This document shows, in pieces, positions 12,548 through 23,722 of a DNA stretch of 64,000 nt. Source of the DNA: Squalus acanthias (lineage: Eukaryota); contig CM059438.1 in assembly GCA_030390025.1 (NCBI GenBank), forward strand, positions 65,598,001 to 65,662,000, written 5' to 3'. A program made the translations under genes and the position numbers. Every line of letters begins with the position of its first letter. Positions within the stretch are counted from its first letter, which is position 1. The notes beneath the pieces are model-generated. The model saw only the letters and a program-made list of their open reading frames with translations. It ran no database searches and was not told the origin of the DNA.

Positions 12548-14439
12548 ATGGCCAACTCCAAGGCAAGGGCCTCCCCGAGGTTCTCAGATGAGGCACTGGG
12601 AATGTTGGTTGAGGGGGCGAGAGCCAGCAGGGAGGTGTTCTTCCCCTCATCTGGGATGAAGAGGCCTCCCAAAGAAACCAAGGCTGTCTGGGTACAGCTG
12701 GCAAGGGAGATCACCTCCAGATCGGTGTCCAGCAGAACATGGATGCAGTGCCATAAAAGGTTCAATGACCTTGTAAGATCAGGCAAAGTGAGTATACCTT
12801 CAGCTTGACCCTCCTTCTGCTCCCCTTCTCCTCTGATCACCAGCACTCTGCATTGTCAACCTCCTCCTCCACATCCCACTTTACCCTTAAAACCCTTGCA
12901 CCCTTCACCATCCCTCTCACTCTATGAACCCAATCACTTCGACTATGCTGCCCTCACACTCCCTTTCAATGTTATGCAATGACAACGACTAACAACGCAC
13001 AGGGAGGGCCCTTGGACATGGAACCTCACTCCATCTTTGTCTCCTTCTAAGCATCTATTCTCTGGATTCTCTACATTCACTCCATCATTCTCACTCCAAA
13101 TCCACTTGTCTCCCTCACTGCAGGAAAGGAGAGCCCACAATAGAAGGGAAAGGGCGAAGACAGGAGGAGGGCCACCTTCCCTAGCCATTCTCACCCAGGC
13201 TGAAGAGGCGGCCCTGGACATCGCCGGTGCAGAGGTGGAAGTGGGGGACGGACAGACGGGCGAGGCAGAGCAAGCTGGTGACAGAATAGTTTTGCCTCTC
13301 TCTCATTTACACTGCTTGAGTGACTGAAATGGCTGCTGGGGTACATTATTAGAATGCCACTTGAGCATCTGCACTATTGCATCTGCATGCCACACTTCCA
13401 TCAAATGTCTAACCCATGCCTTTACTCCCCCACAGGACCATCCAAAGAGGCCCCCCCCCCACTGTTGACGAGGAAGAGGCTGAGCAGCAAGACTCCTTAG
13501 GGGAACCTGCAACCTCTGAGGACGCAGCATCAGCAGAATTAAGCGCACCCAGCACCAGTGCAGATACGCACACTTTGGTGGGACCTTCGGGACATAGATT
13601 AGTGTTGTCACCGTGTGTATCACATCTCACAAGTGAGCATCAGCAGGTGGTGGAGACAGGAACAGCAATGGAGAGTCCTCGGCGGAGGGCGCAGGACTCT
13701 CCTAGCTCTGCTCCGCTGCATGTGGACCCTGTGCCTCTGGGTCAATCCAGAAAGGCCTTGCCTCCAGGGTCACTGCGAGTGTGGAGAGGCTGGAGGAGTC
13801 CAACTCTAACCTGAGCAGTGCCATTGAGGAGGCAATGGCGCATATACGCAGCACCATGGAAAGGATGGCAACCTCCGTGGAAAGGCTGGCTACGGCCATG
13901 GAGGCAATAACTCGCCAGAGAAAGGAAAACATGGTGATTGTTCAGAATAGACAGACATGTCTGGAGGAGGGATGGGCAGCTATTGAGCAGAGAAAATAGA
14001 GCTTTATGGAAGTCCTTTTCAGTAGGACTGCCAGTGCAGAGACGGGTCCCCATGGCCCCCCCCTGATGTGCAGCAAAGTGCTCTCAAGCCACTTGCAAGC
14101 GCTGAGGTGGACCTGACCAATGAGAGGGAAGTTGGTGGCAGACAACAAGGAAGTGGGGGCTCCCCTCCAAGCGCTCACACTTCCATGCCACTGCATAGCC
14201 CTCGGTCAGAGCCCCACCAGAGTCCGCACCCAACTGAGATGGGCATCTCAGCCCCTACACTGCCGTAGGAGGAGCAGATGTTTGGTGAGCCCTCACAGGC
14301 TCATAAACCCAGAGGACGCCCGCCAAAGGTGTCCAAGCAGGAGCAGCAAGCATGTGAGCAAGGGTCCTCCACTTCTGCTGAAGCCACAGGGGGAGCACCT
14401 CGTAGGAGCACACGTAAGAGAAAAATAAAGCACCATTAG
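12548..14439 (+). pseudogene. Harbinger accessory Myb/SANT-like (NAIF1/MSANTD-type) DNA-binding gene, 3 exons (12548-12787, 13124-13277, 13436-14439), exon 3 disrupted
   Basis: MANSKARASPRFSDEAL..W..LA..I..RTWMQCHKRFNDL; GT-AG introns in phase (AAA|GTGAGT, CTGCAG|GAA; G|GTGACA, CACAG|GA); RRERAKTGGGPP motif; frameshifts and stops in exon 3. Confidence 0.85.
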
Positions 14440-14683
14440 TCACAAGGATAGCCACTTGGGTGAATGTTTATGTGTATTGACGAAATGCCATCCCTGTTTG
14501 AAAGTATAAAAATGATTTGATGGCAAACTGTTGCCGTTATTTTGCCTTAGGCAGCTCCACATTGTGGGCTCGCGACACTTGCGTGGTCAGGTTGGTGGCC
14601 AGAGTGAAAGGAGGCCAGAGAGTCATGTCCATTGTCTGTCATGTCTTAAGATGGAGCCAAGGACATTGGCCAACATGGGCAAC

Positions 14684-15905
14684 CTATGCAAATCTGGCCA
14701 GGATAAGTGCATGCCTTGCATCACGGGCAGCCATGTGCTCGCGTGCTGCTCCTGCTGCTGGTCGATAGGCTGGCGCTCGATCCTCCTCCTGCTCCTCCTG
14801 CTCCTCTTCCTCCTCCTCATCGTCATCCTCATCTGAGGAGGCTATGAACTGAGCCACTTGCTCATCGGGAAGCTGCAAGCCACGATGCTGTGCCATGTTG
14901 TGCAGTGCACAGCAGACGACGACCATTCTGGAGACCCTGGCTGTTGAATAATGCAGGGCTCCACCTGATCTGTCAAGGCATCGGAATCGCATCTTCAACA
15001 AGCCAATGGTTTGCTCGATGATGGACCTGGTCGAAGTGTGGCTGGCGTTGTAGCGCTCTTCAGCCTCATTAGCTGGCCTCCTGATCGGCGTCATTAGCCA
15101 CTTCTTCAGGGGGTAGCCCTTGTCACCAAGGAGCCATCCGTTGGTTTGGCGGATTGAAGAGCGGAGGAACACTCGAGTTCCACAGGATGAAAGAGTCATG
15201 GCAACTACAACAGAACTTAACGCAAACATGCAAAATCTCCTTCTTGTGGTTACACACCAGCTGTACGTTGAGGGAGTGGAAGCCCTTGCGGTTGACAAAG
15301 ATAGCTGGGTTGTGATGGGGTGCCCTAAGGGCCACATGTGTGCAGTCTATGACACCCTGCACCATTGGCAAGCCTGCCATATTTGCAAAGCCAACTGAAC
15401 ACGCAGTTACACTTGCTTGATCCCTTGAGAAGTGGATGTAATTGTGAGCCTTTGCAAAAAGGCCATCGGTAACCTGTGTGATGCAACTGTGGGCGGCAGA
15501 CTGGGAGAGGCCGCTGATGTCTGCTGATGATCCCTGGAAGGAGCCTGAGGCAAAAAAGTTCAGTACGGTGGTGACTTTGACAGCCACTGGTAAGGGGTGT
15601 CCACCCGTTCCTCTGGGCTCCAGATGTTGGTGCAGCAGTGCGCAGATGTCTCCGACAACCTCTCGCGAAAGTCTCAGCCTCCTCTGGCACTGCTGCTTAC
15701 TCATGTTGAGGTAGCTCATCCTCTGTCTCCTGCAGCGACATGCTTCGATGCGCTGGCGCCTTCTGCCCTGTGCAGCATCAGGTGGATGAGCAGGAGGTTG
15801 GGGCTCCTGCAGCTGTTGCTGCTGAGCTGCCTGGTTCTGCTGCTGCCGTGGCTGCTCCTCATCCGAATCTGAGCTCCATGGTGAAAGGAAATAAATGGTT
15901 CCCAT
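14684..15905 (-). pseudogene. Harbinger (HARBI1-family, DDE_Tnp_4) transposase, frameshifted
   Basis: Catalytic motifs [16 protein letters not shown] and [18 protein letters not shown] split over two frames; polyQ N-terminus and acidic C-terminus. Confidence 0.93.
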
Positions 15906-16628
15906 GCTGCTGGCAGATACCTCCGTTGGGGAAACGCTCAGCCCAAGTGGGGAGAGTGTCTTCCAAGAAGGTCCCACAGTTGAGAGATAGAAGCTGCAGC
16001 ACCTCCGACTTCGGTAGGCCTGTTAAAAGTGCTGAAAGACCTTTGGAACAAAAGTTCTGCCACCTGCAACTAATCCCTGATGAAAGCTCCGTTTTAATGG
16101 TGGAGCTGCAGCTGTGAGGAGGCCACCCACTTGTCAACCCGCCAGGTTTATCTGGCGTGGTTTAGGAGGGTCGTGGAACACGCTGAAAATGTGGTAAAAT
16201 AACGAGGGCCTGTCAAAATAGGATTATAGAGGCCCTTAGCTGCTATTTAAGGGTCTTAACTACCTCTCTGGACTGATGGAGGCGGGACCGAATCGCACCC
16301 ATCAAAACCGCCTCCGGCAAAATTGCGCGGAGGCGGGTTGGAGGCGGGTTCCAAACCTGCACTCAGTTTTTGCCAGTTTGCCAACTGTCCCGCCTCAAAA
16401 CCTGCCTCCTCGGGACTGGGAAAATCGCCCCCATAACCTTCCATCTCAGAGGCGTGAATGCTACCACTGAGCCAAGAGTCACTCCACTACACACTGTACT
16501 GTGTGAATATTTTGCATTCACCAAGGTGAGGGACATGTTTCCACTTTTGGAACTCAATATCGCTCCCAAGCCAAATATCTTAATGGCCAGTTGCAGATTA
16601 AAGTTCATTCTAGCCCAAAAATATGCAT

Positions 16629-17381
16629 GGGGCAGAAATTCGGCTGTTGTCGGGTGAGTACGCAATGTGTACTCACCCGTGGATGGAATGAAAGTGCCGG
16701 TTACTTGCATGCACTGCACATGCGCGGGAAACCGGCACTTCCGTTCCCCTGAGGAAAGGGGTTCAGAGGTCGAACGCGCATGCCGGAGGGCCAGCGCGTT
16801 CGCCTTGCACTTCGGATTTTTTTACAGGTTCCTCCGTGAAGGTAAGCACGGAGAAGATACACTTTTAAAAAGGATGCGCAAGGCCTTCTTTTAACAAGGT
16901 AAGTGTTGATTTTATTAAAATTTAAACATTTTTTTCACAGATTTATCTTTTTTAATTACTTTAAAGAAAGGTAAGTTTAGTTTTAGCCCCGTTAAAAAAT
17001 GTAATTAATTTTTTCAAAAATTTAAATTTTTGTTTAAAATAGTTAATTAATGTAATTTATAGTCATTTTAAAAATGTGATTTAAAAAAATATATATTTGT
17101 AGTTTTAGGGCCGATCTGTATTCATAGATTTGACAGGTCTTCCTGTCAAATCTATGAATGAAAGATGGTCTGCTGCCATCGGCACTCCATGGCCCACATG
17201 ATCCCAGTGGACGCATCGCACTAACTACGCCCCTGGGATACACAAGCACTGCGCGCCAGCAGCTGCAGGAGGCCCAGGAGCCGATGTCCCCGTGGGCCCA
17301 GAGGTCAACGGCAGGCGCGGTAGGTAGGTGCGCGCGCGATCCTTGCACCCGCGGGAAGCCAGGGAGCCGAATTTCTTGCCC
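16629..17381 (+). mobile_element. MITE B (family B/C/D, ~755 bp, Harbinger-like TIRs)
   Basis: TIRs GGGGCAGAAATTCGGCT / AGCCGAATTTCTTGCCC; near-identical copies at 27448-28207 (inverted) and 36638-37401. Confidence 0.85.
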
Positions 17382-17430
17382 ATGATTTATTTTTTCTATT
17401 TTCCCCACAAGCCATCCCTGTCAATTTAGC

Positions 17431-17797
17431 AAGAAAGAAAGATTTGCATTTATATATCGTCTTTCACAACCTCAGGACATCTCAAAGTGCTTTACAGCCA
17501 ATGAATTACTTTTGAAGTGTTTCTGTGCTGTATATTCTATGTAATTCTACATAATTCTATGTCATTTCCCTGCTCTTCTTTGAATAGTGCCATGAGAACC
17601 TTTACTTCAACCTGAGAGGTCTAACAGGGCCTCGGTTTAACATCTCATCCAAAAGACAGCACCTCCGGCAGTGCAGTGCTCCCTCCGTACTGTATTGGAG
17701 TGTCAGCTTAGATTTTTTGTTCTCAATTGTCTGGTGTGGGACTTGAACCCACAACCTTCTGAATCAGAGTGAGAGTGCTACCACTGAGCCAAGTCTG
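17431..17797 (-). mobile_element. tRNA-derived SINE (DeuSINE/SacSINE1-like), internally rearranged
   Basis: Homology to 7898-8365; a short CR1-tail-like piece (TATTCTATGTAATTCTAC) is embedded near 17520-17560. Confidence 0.75.
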
Positions 17798-19907
17798 ATA
17801 CGTACAGTTCCGTTTTGGGTTGAATTTGGTGCTGTTTTGTGCCATGGAGCTCCTGGAAACTGAGTTGAGATGGCCCATAACCATATTACATTGGAGGCAT
17901 ATAGATAACAAAAGGAGAAGAGACTTCAGTCACACTAGCCTGGGCTGGATACAAACTGAGGTTCAAGGGTTCAAAGATCAGTGTGTCACCCAGTTCTGCA
18001 TAATGATATTTTTACAGTAAATTATTTGAATGAAGTTTTATTGTAATGCTACTAAGTATTTCAATTAGATTGAAAGAAGTACTCCAGAGCTCGGCATACA
18101 TAGGCCATACGCTTGAGTATATTCCTTCTAAAAATACATCACTGAGTAAAGCCCAGCATACTTAATTATTTCTAAACTGTATGAATATATGTCGTGCAAC
18201 TTTAACAAAAAATTATTGGAAGTTACAGAGTAAATGGTTATCTTGGGGATCCCTTCAAAAGTTCTCATCTTGCTTTATTTTGAAGCATTTTAAAATAGCC
18301 TTTGAAAATGTGCATTTCTGAACAAGTCTCACTTAGCAACAGATGCTTCACAGTTTCTGAATCCACGCATATCGGAAGATCCTGGGCAGTGCGCCACAGT
18401 GGGTGAGGTACCTCACTTGGAAAATCTTGTTGCGAAGAGAAGTTATAAATTCCCCAAGACCCTACTAGTCATCTAAGGATTGTGATCCATTTTTTTGTCC
18501 AATGTCTCAGGAACTTCACTGAATGTGCAATCTCTGCTATTCCTTACCTGAGAGCCCACGATCATGACACTGGGTGTAAAAAAAAATGCTGTCCTTTAGC
18601 ACCGACCTCCATCACTTGCTGAATGCAAAAGTTGCCCAAATTCTAATAATTTAAAAATGTAACATGTTATCATAGAATCAAACAGCACAGAAGGAGGCCA
18701 TTCAGCCCATCGTGCCGATGCCGGCTCTTTGAAAGAGCTGTCCAATTATTGCCACTCCCCTCCTCTTTCCCCATAGCCCTGCAATTCCTTCCTAATCAAG
18801 GATGTAATCACATTTAAAATAAAAAGAGGAGACATATTAAATAAAGTAATCAAACTCAAAGAGGATAAAACCCCTGGTCCTGCACATTTTAAAAGAATCT
18901 AGGAAAGAGATAGCAGCGGCACTATTGCACATATTTAATAATTTGTTAGAAAAGGTGTAGTTCCAGAGGACTGGCAGATAGCTAACGTTATACCTATATT
19001 TAATGGAAAAATAATGGAATCCCTACTAAAAGAGGAAATAGAAAAACATCTAGAATCCAAAAGGGAAAGTCTTGCTTGAGCAACCTCACTGAATACTTTG
19101 AAGAGGTAACAGAGAGAGTAGACAAGGGTAAAGTAGTAGATGTAATCTATCTAGATTTGCAAAAAGCCTTCGATAAGGTACCACATAATAGACTAATGAA
19201 TAAGGTCAGAGCATGCAGATTCAGGGGATAAATAGCAGAATGGTTAGCTAGCTTGCTGAATGACAGAAAGCAGAGAGTAGGGGTAAACATAGCAATTCAG
19301 ACTGGCAGAAGATGGGAAGTGGGTTCCCATAAGGATCAGTGCCGAAACCACTGTTGTTCACAATTAATATTAATTATTTCGACTTTGGAATCAAAAACAT
19401 AATTTCTGAATTTGCGGGTGACACCAAATTGGGAGGGATAGTCAACACTGAGGAGGACTGCAGCAAATTACAAGAAGACATTATGAATTTATAGAATGGG
19501 CATATAATTGGCAAATGAATTTGAACATAAGTAAGTGTGATGTATTACATTTTGTAAGAAAAATAAGGAGGTCACATATTACTTGGAAAATATGAATCTA
19601 AATGGGGTGGAGGAGCAAAGGGATCTGGGAGTACAAATACACAAATCACTAAACTTGTGATGCAGATCAATACGGTCATGACAAAAGCAAACCAAGCACG
19701 AGGGTTTATTCCTAGAGGGATAGAATTGAAAAGTAGAGAAGTTATGCTAAATTTGTATTGAACCTTAGTTAGACCACACTTGGAGTACTGTGTATAGTTC
19801 TGGTTGCCATATTATAAAAAGGATATAGAGGCACTGGAGAGGGTGCAAAAAAAGATTTACAGGGGTGATACTAGAACTGCGAGGTTATACCTAAGGATGA
19901 GCAGGCT

Positions 19908-21831
19908 TCAGTGGCAGAGAGGCAGTCAGTGCCCGCTGGAAGGAACACTTCGAAGATCTCCTCAACCGAGACTCTGTCTTCGACGCGAGTGTCCTCAACT
20001 CCATCCCGCAGCATGCTATTAGCCACCACCTCAGCACAACCCCAGCCCAGCATGAGGTTGAAAAGGCCATCCGACAACTGAAGAACAACAAGGCCTCAGG
20101 AGCAGATGGAATCCCCGCCGAGGTGCTAAAACATGGCAGAGAAGCACTATTGACGCAAATACATAGACTAATTTCTCTTATTTGGAAGGAGGAGAGCATG
20201 CCAGGGGATCTCAGAGATGCCATAATTGTGACCATCTTCAAGAAAGGTGGCAAGTCCGATTGCGGTAATTACAGAGGAGTCTCCCTGCTGTCTGCCACAG
20301 GGAAAGTCATCAGAAGAATCCTCCTCAATCGCCTTCTCCCAGTGGCTGAAGAGCTCCTCCCAGAGTCACAATGTGGATTCCGCCCACTAAGGGGCATAAT
20401 GGACATGATCTTCACCGCGCGTCAACTACAAGAGAAATGCTTGGAACAGCACCAACCACTGTACATGGCCTTCTTTGACCTCACAAAGCTCTTCGACACT
20501 GTCAACCATGAGGGATTATGGAGTGTCCTCCTCAATTTTGGCTGCCCTCAAAAGTTTGTCACCATCCTCCGCCTGCTTCACGACGACATGCAAGCCGTGA
20601 TCCTGACCAATGGATCCACCAGAGACCCAATTCACGTACAGACCAGGGCCAAGCAAGGCTGTGTCATCGAACCAACGCTCTTCTCAATCTTCCTGGCTGC
20701 AATGCTCCATCTCACCCTCAGTAAACTCCCCGCTGGAGTGGAGCTAATCTACAGAACAAACGGAAAACTGTTCAACCTCCGTCGCCTGCAGTCCAGATCC
20801 AAGGTCGTCCCATCCTCTGTCATCAAATTACAGTATGCAGACGATGCTTGCGTCTGCGCACACTCTGAGGTCGAACTCCAAACCATTGTCAACATTTTCA
20901 CCGAAGCATACGAGAGTATAGGCCTTACACTAAACATCCGTAAGACAAAGGTCCTCTACCAACCTGCCCCCACCACACAATACTGCTCCCCGATTATCAA
21001 AATCCATGAGGAGGCCTTGGACAATGTGGACCACTTTCCATACCTCGGGAGCCTACTGTCAACAAGGGCAGACATCAATGACGAAGTCCAACACCGCCTT
21101 CAGTGTGCCAGTGCAACCTTCGGTCGCCTGAGGAAGAGAGTGTTTGAAGGCCAGGACCTCAAACCCAGCGCCATGCTCATGGTCTACAGAGCAGTAGTGA
21201 TACCCGACCTCCTGTATGCTTCAGAGACATGGACCATGTACAGCACTCAAAGCACTGAGAGGTACCACCAACGCTGCCTCCGCAAGACCCTGCAAATCCA
21301 TTGGCAGGATAGGCGCACCAACGTCAGTGTTCTTGCTCAGGCCAACATCCCCAGCATCGAAGCTTTGACCACGCTCGATCAGCTCCGATGGATGGGCCAC
21401 ATCATCCGCATGCCCGATACGAGACTCCCAAAACAAGCACTCTACTCAGAGCTCCGACACGGCAAAAGAGCCCCAGGTGGGCAGAGGAAATGCTTCAAGG
21501 ACACCCTCAAAGCCTCCTTGAAAAAGTGCAACATCCCCACCGACACCTGGGAATCCCTGGCCCAAGACCACACAAAGTGGAGGAGAAGCATCTGGGAAGG
21601 CGCCGAACACCTCGAGTCTCTTCGCTGGGAGCAAGCGGAAGCCAAGCGCAAACAGCGGAAGGAGCGCACGTCAACCCAAGCACCCCACCCACCCGCCCCT
21701 TCAACCACCGTCTGCCCCACCTGTGACAGAGACTGTAGGTCCCGCATTGGACTCATCAGTCACCTGAGAACTCATTTTTAGTGTGGAAGCAAGTCATCCT
21801 CAGTTCCGAGGGACTGCCTAAGAAGAAGAAG
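19908..21831 (+). mobile_element. 5'-truncated RTE-clade LINE with a 35-bp TSD and (AAG)n tail
   Basis: TSD 19873-19907 / 21832-21866 (2 mismatches); short 3'UTR ending AAGAAGAAGAAG. Confidence 0.92.
19919..21781 (+). CDS. RTE reverse transcriptase ORF (5'-truncated, no true start), with C-terminal C2H2 zinc finger
   Basis: Stop-free frame with DCGNYRGVSLL, ESQCGFR, LQYADD, FPYLGS and CPTCDRDCRSRIGLISHLRTH. Confidence 0.9.
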   Translation, partial: EAVSARWKEHFEDLLNRDSVFDASVLNSIPQHAISHHLSTTPAQHEVEKAIRQLKNNKASGADGIPAEVLKHGREALLTQIHRLISLIWKEESMPGDLRDAIIVTIFKKGGKSDCGNYRGVSLLSATGKVIRRILLNRLLPVAEELLPESQCGFRPLRGIMDMIFTARQLQEKCLEQHQPLYMAFFDLTKLFDTVNHEGLWSVLLNFGCPQKFVTILRLLHDDMQAVILTNGSTRDPIHVQTRAKQGCVIEPTLFSIFLAAMLHLTLSKLPAGVELIYRTNGKLFNLRRLQSRSKVVPSSVIKLQYADDACVCAHSEVELQTIVNIFTEAYESIGLTLNIRKTKVLYQPAPTTQYCSPIIKIHEEALDNVDHFPYLGSLLSTRADINDEVQHRLQCASATFGRLRKRVFEGQDLKPSAMLMVYRAVVIPDLLYASETWTMYSTQSTERYHQRCLRKTLQIHWQDRRTNVSVLAQANIPSIEALTTLDQLRWMGHIIRMPDTRLPKQALYSELRHGKRAPGGQRKCFKDTLKASLKKCNIPTDTWESLAQDHTKWRRSIWEGAEHLESLRWEQAEAKRKQRKERTSTQAPHPPAPSTTVCPTCDRDCRSRIGLISHLRTHF

Positions 21832-23089
21832 AGAACTGCAAGGTTATACCTAAAGATGAGCAGGCTGGGTCTCTTTTTTTCTTGAGAAGGCTGAGGGGAG
21901 ACCTAATATAGGTCTTTAAAATTATGAAAGGTTTTGATAGAGTAGACAGAGAGAGAGAGTGTTTCCCCTTGTAGGAAGAAGCAAAACTAGAGGCCATCAA
22001 TATAAGATAGTCACCAAGAAATCAAATAGGGAATTCAGAAGAAACTTCTTTACCCAGAGAGTGGTGAGAATGTGGAACTACCAAAGTGAATAGCCAAGGC
22101 GAATAGTATAGATGCATTTAAGGGGAAGCTAGATAAGCATATGAGGGAGAAGGGAATAGAGGGTTACGCTGATAGAGTGAGAAGAGGAAGGATGGGAGGA
22201 GGCTCGAGTGGAGCATAAACACGAGCATGGACTGTTTCGGTGCTGTATATTCTATGTAATTCTGTGTATATATTGAATTCTCTTTTTGAAAGTTACTATT
22301 GAATCTGCTTCCACCACCCGTTCAAGCAATGAATTCTGGATCATAACAACTCACTGTGTAAAAAAAAAAAAATTCTCCTGATCTCCCCTCTGGTTCTTTT
22401 ATAAAAATAATGATTTGCTCTTATATTTAATTTATAGGTTTAAAAAGAAGTATTCTGGTTGTAAAACTCAACCTCCTAATTACTTTTTAACATCAAAAGC
22501 ATTGCTGAGGTCTGAATGGAAGAATCCAAGAAATCAGGATGCACATCATGCAGTGGTCAGATCTGGCTATGCATCAGTGAGTGTCTGTTCTGTCTTGTAA
22601 TCCATTACTCAGCTGTTCAGTATTAACCCAACATAAAATGTCTTTTGATAAAAGGCTTTAATCACAAAATGCATCTGGACACACTGTGTACCCTCGTCTG
22701 GCTTCACACTCTTGTACCAATTTTATTTTCTGAGGGCATACATCGTCACAGTAATTGAGTCACTTGGTGTTCATTACAGCTCAACACTTTATACAGGTCT
22801 GGTCCATTTGCCAATAACGATCACATAATAGCAGTCTGTTTTCTAAAGGTAGGATTGCATAGAAGAGAATTGCTGGCTCCCCCCAAAAAGTAGCAACAAG
22901 ATGGCAAAGCTGCGTTAAAATAGCTCTTCAGGAAACCGTTAACGATCAGCATTTTTCAATTGATTTCCTTCAACAATGGAACCTGTTAAAATTCTGTGGA
23001 AAGAATCAATGCCTTTTCATCAAACATTAGATGAAGAACAGCGATCACTCTGCAGAGCACCTGTCCTCACAGAGCCGATTGCTGTATTA

Positions 23090-23318
23090 CAATTAGTGTC
23101 CTAGCCAATATTTATCCGTCAATCAATGGCACTAAAAACAGATTATCTGATCATTACTACATTGCTGTTTGTAGAACTTTGCTGTGCCCAAATTGGCTGC
23201 CACGTTTCCTACGTTACAACAGTGACTACACTTCAAAAGTACTTCATTGGCTGTAAAGCACTTTGGGACGTCCTGAGGTTGTGAAAGGCGCTATAGAAAT
23301 GCAAAGTCTTTCTTTTTT
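23090..23318 (+). mobile_element. SINE 3' half (DeuSINE/SacSINE1-like)
   Basis: Homology to ~570-800. Confidence 0.75.
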
Positions 23319-23722
23319 AAACATGTAGTGCACGGAGTGGAAGAACTAGTGTCAGTTCAATGTTGTCTCACTTGAAGATTGCCCAACCATGAAAGGAATT
23401 GACCAGGCAAATTGTTTACTGTGGTGAAGGGTTCAAATTCCCAGGTTAAAATACTGTTGAACGTTTAAAAAGTCAGGCAGAACTGTTTCACCCAAAGGAT
23501 AATGCACTTATGAAATAAGATACCAAAGTACAGCAGTGCGCAGTATAAAGGTGCTCAAGAGGCAATTGGATCTGTTTGTGATTGAGAGAAGAGATTCAGA
23601 GACATGGCAATAGCGGGGTAGGTGGGGTAGATGAGAAAGGGATTGACTTGCTAGGCCTAATCTCATTTTTTCCCTGAAAATTCTTATCTTCTTACCTAGC
23701 ACATGCACAGCACAAATATATT

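Larger units (their letters stand above)
12274..16432. mobile_element. PIF/Harbinger DNA transposon, full-length two-gene copy A (decayed)
   Basis: Perfect 16-bp TIRs GGGGGCGATTTTCCCA / TGGGAAAATCGCCCCC; convergent Myb/SANT and DDE genes; interrupts a SINE head. Confidence 0.93.
18815..22266 (+). mobile_element. CR1 LINE (decayed RT region to 3'UTR), interrupted by an RTE element
   Basis: CR1 RT motifs (DVIYLDLQKAFDKVPH; FAGDTKLGG) on the left; ORF2 C-terminus and 3'UTR resume after 21866. Confidence 0.88.

Noticed and set aside
14684..15905. Domesticated HARBI1/NAIF1 host genes
   Set aside because: Multiple frameshifted copies bounded by TIRs and TSDs; these are transposon copies
16667..17408. 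Recurrent short ORFs (MKDGLLP.., MQGSRAH.., MYSPVDG..) in three places as a conserved peptide family
   Set aside because: They simply reflect near-identical MITE copies; starts, stops and lengths differ and both strands are open
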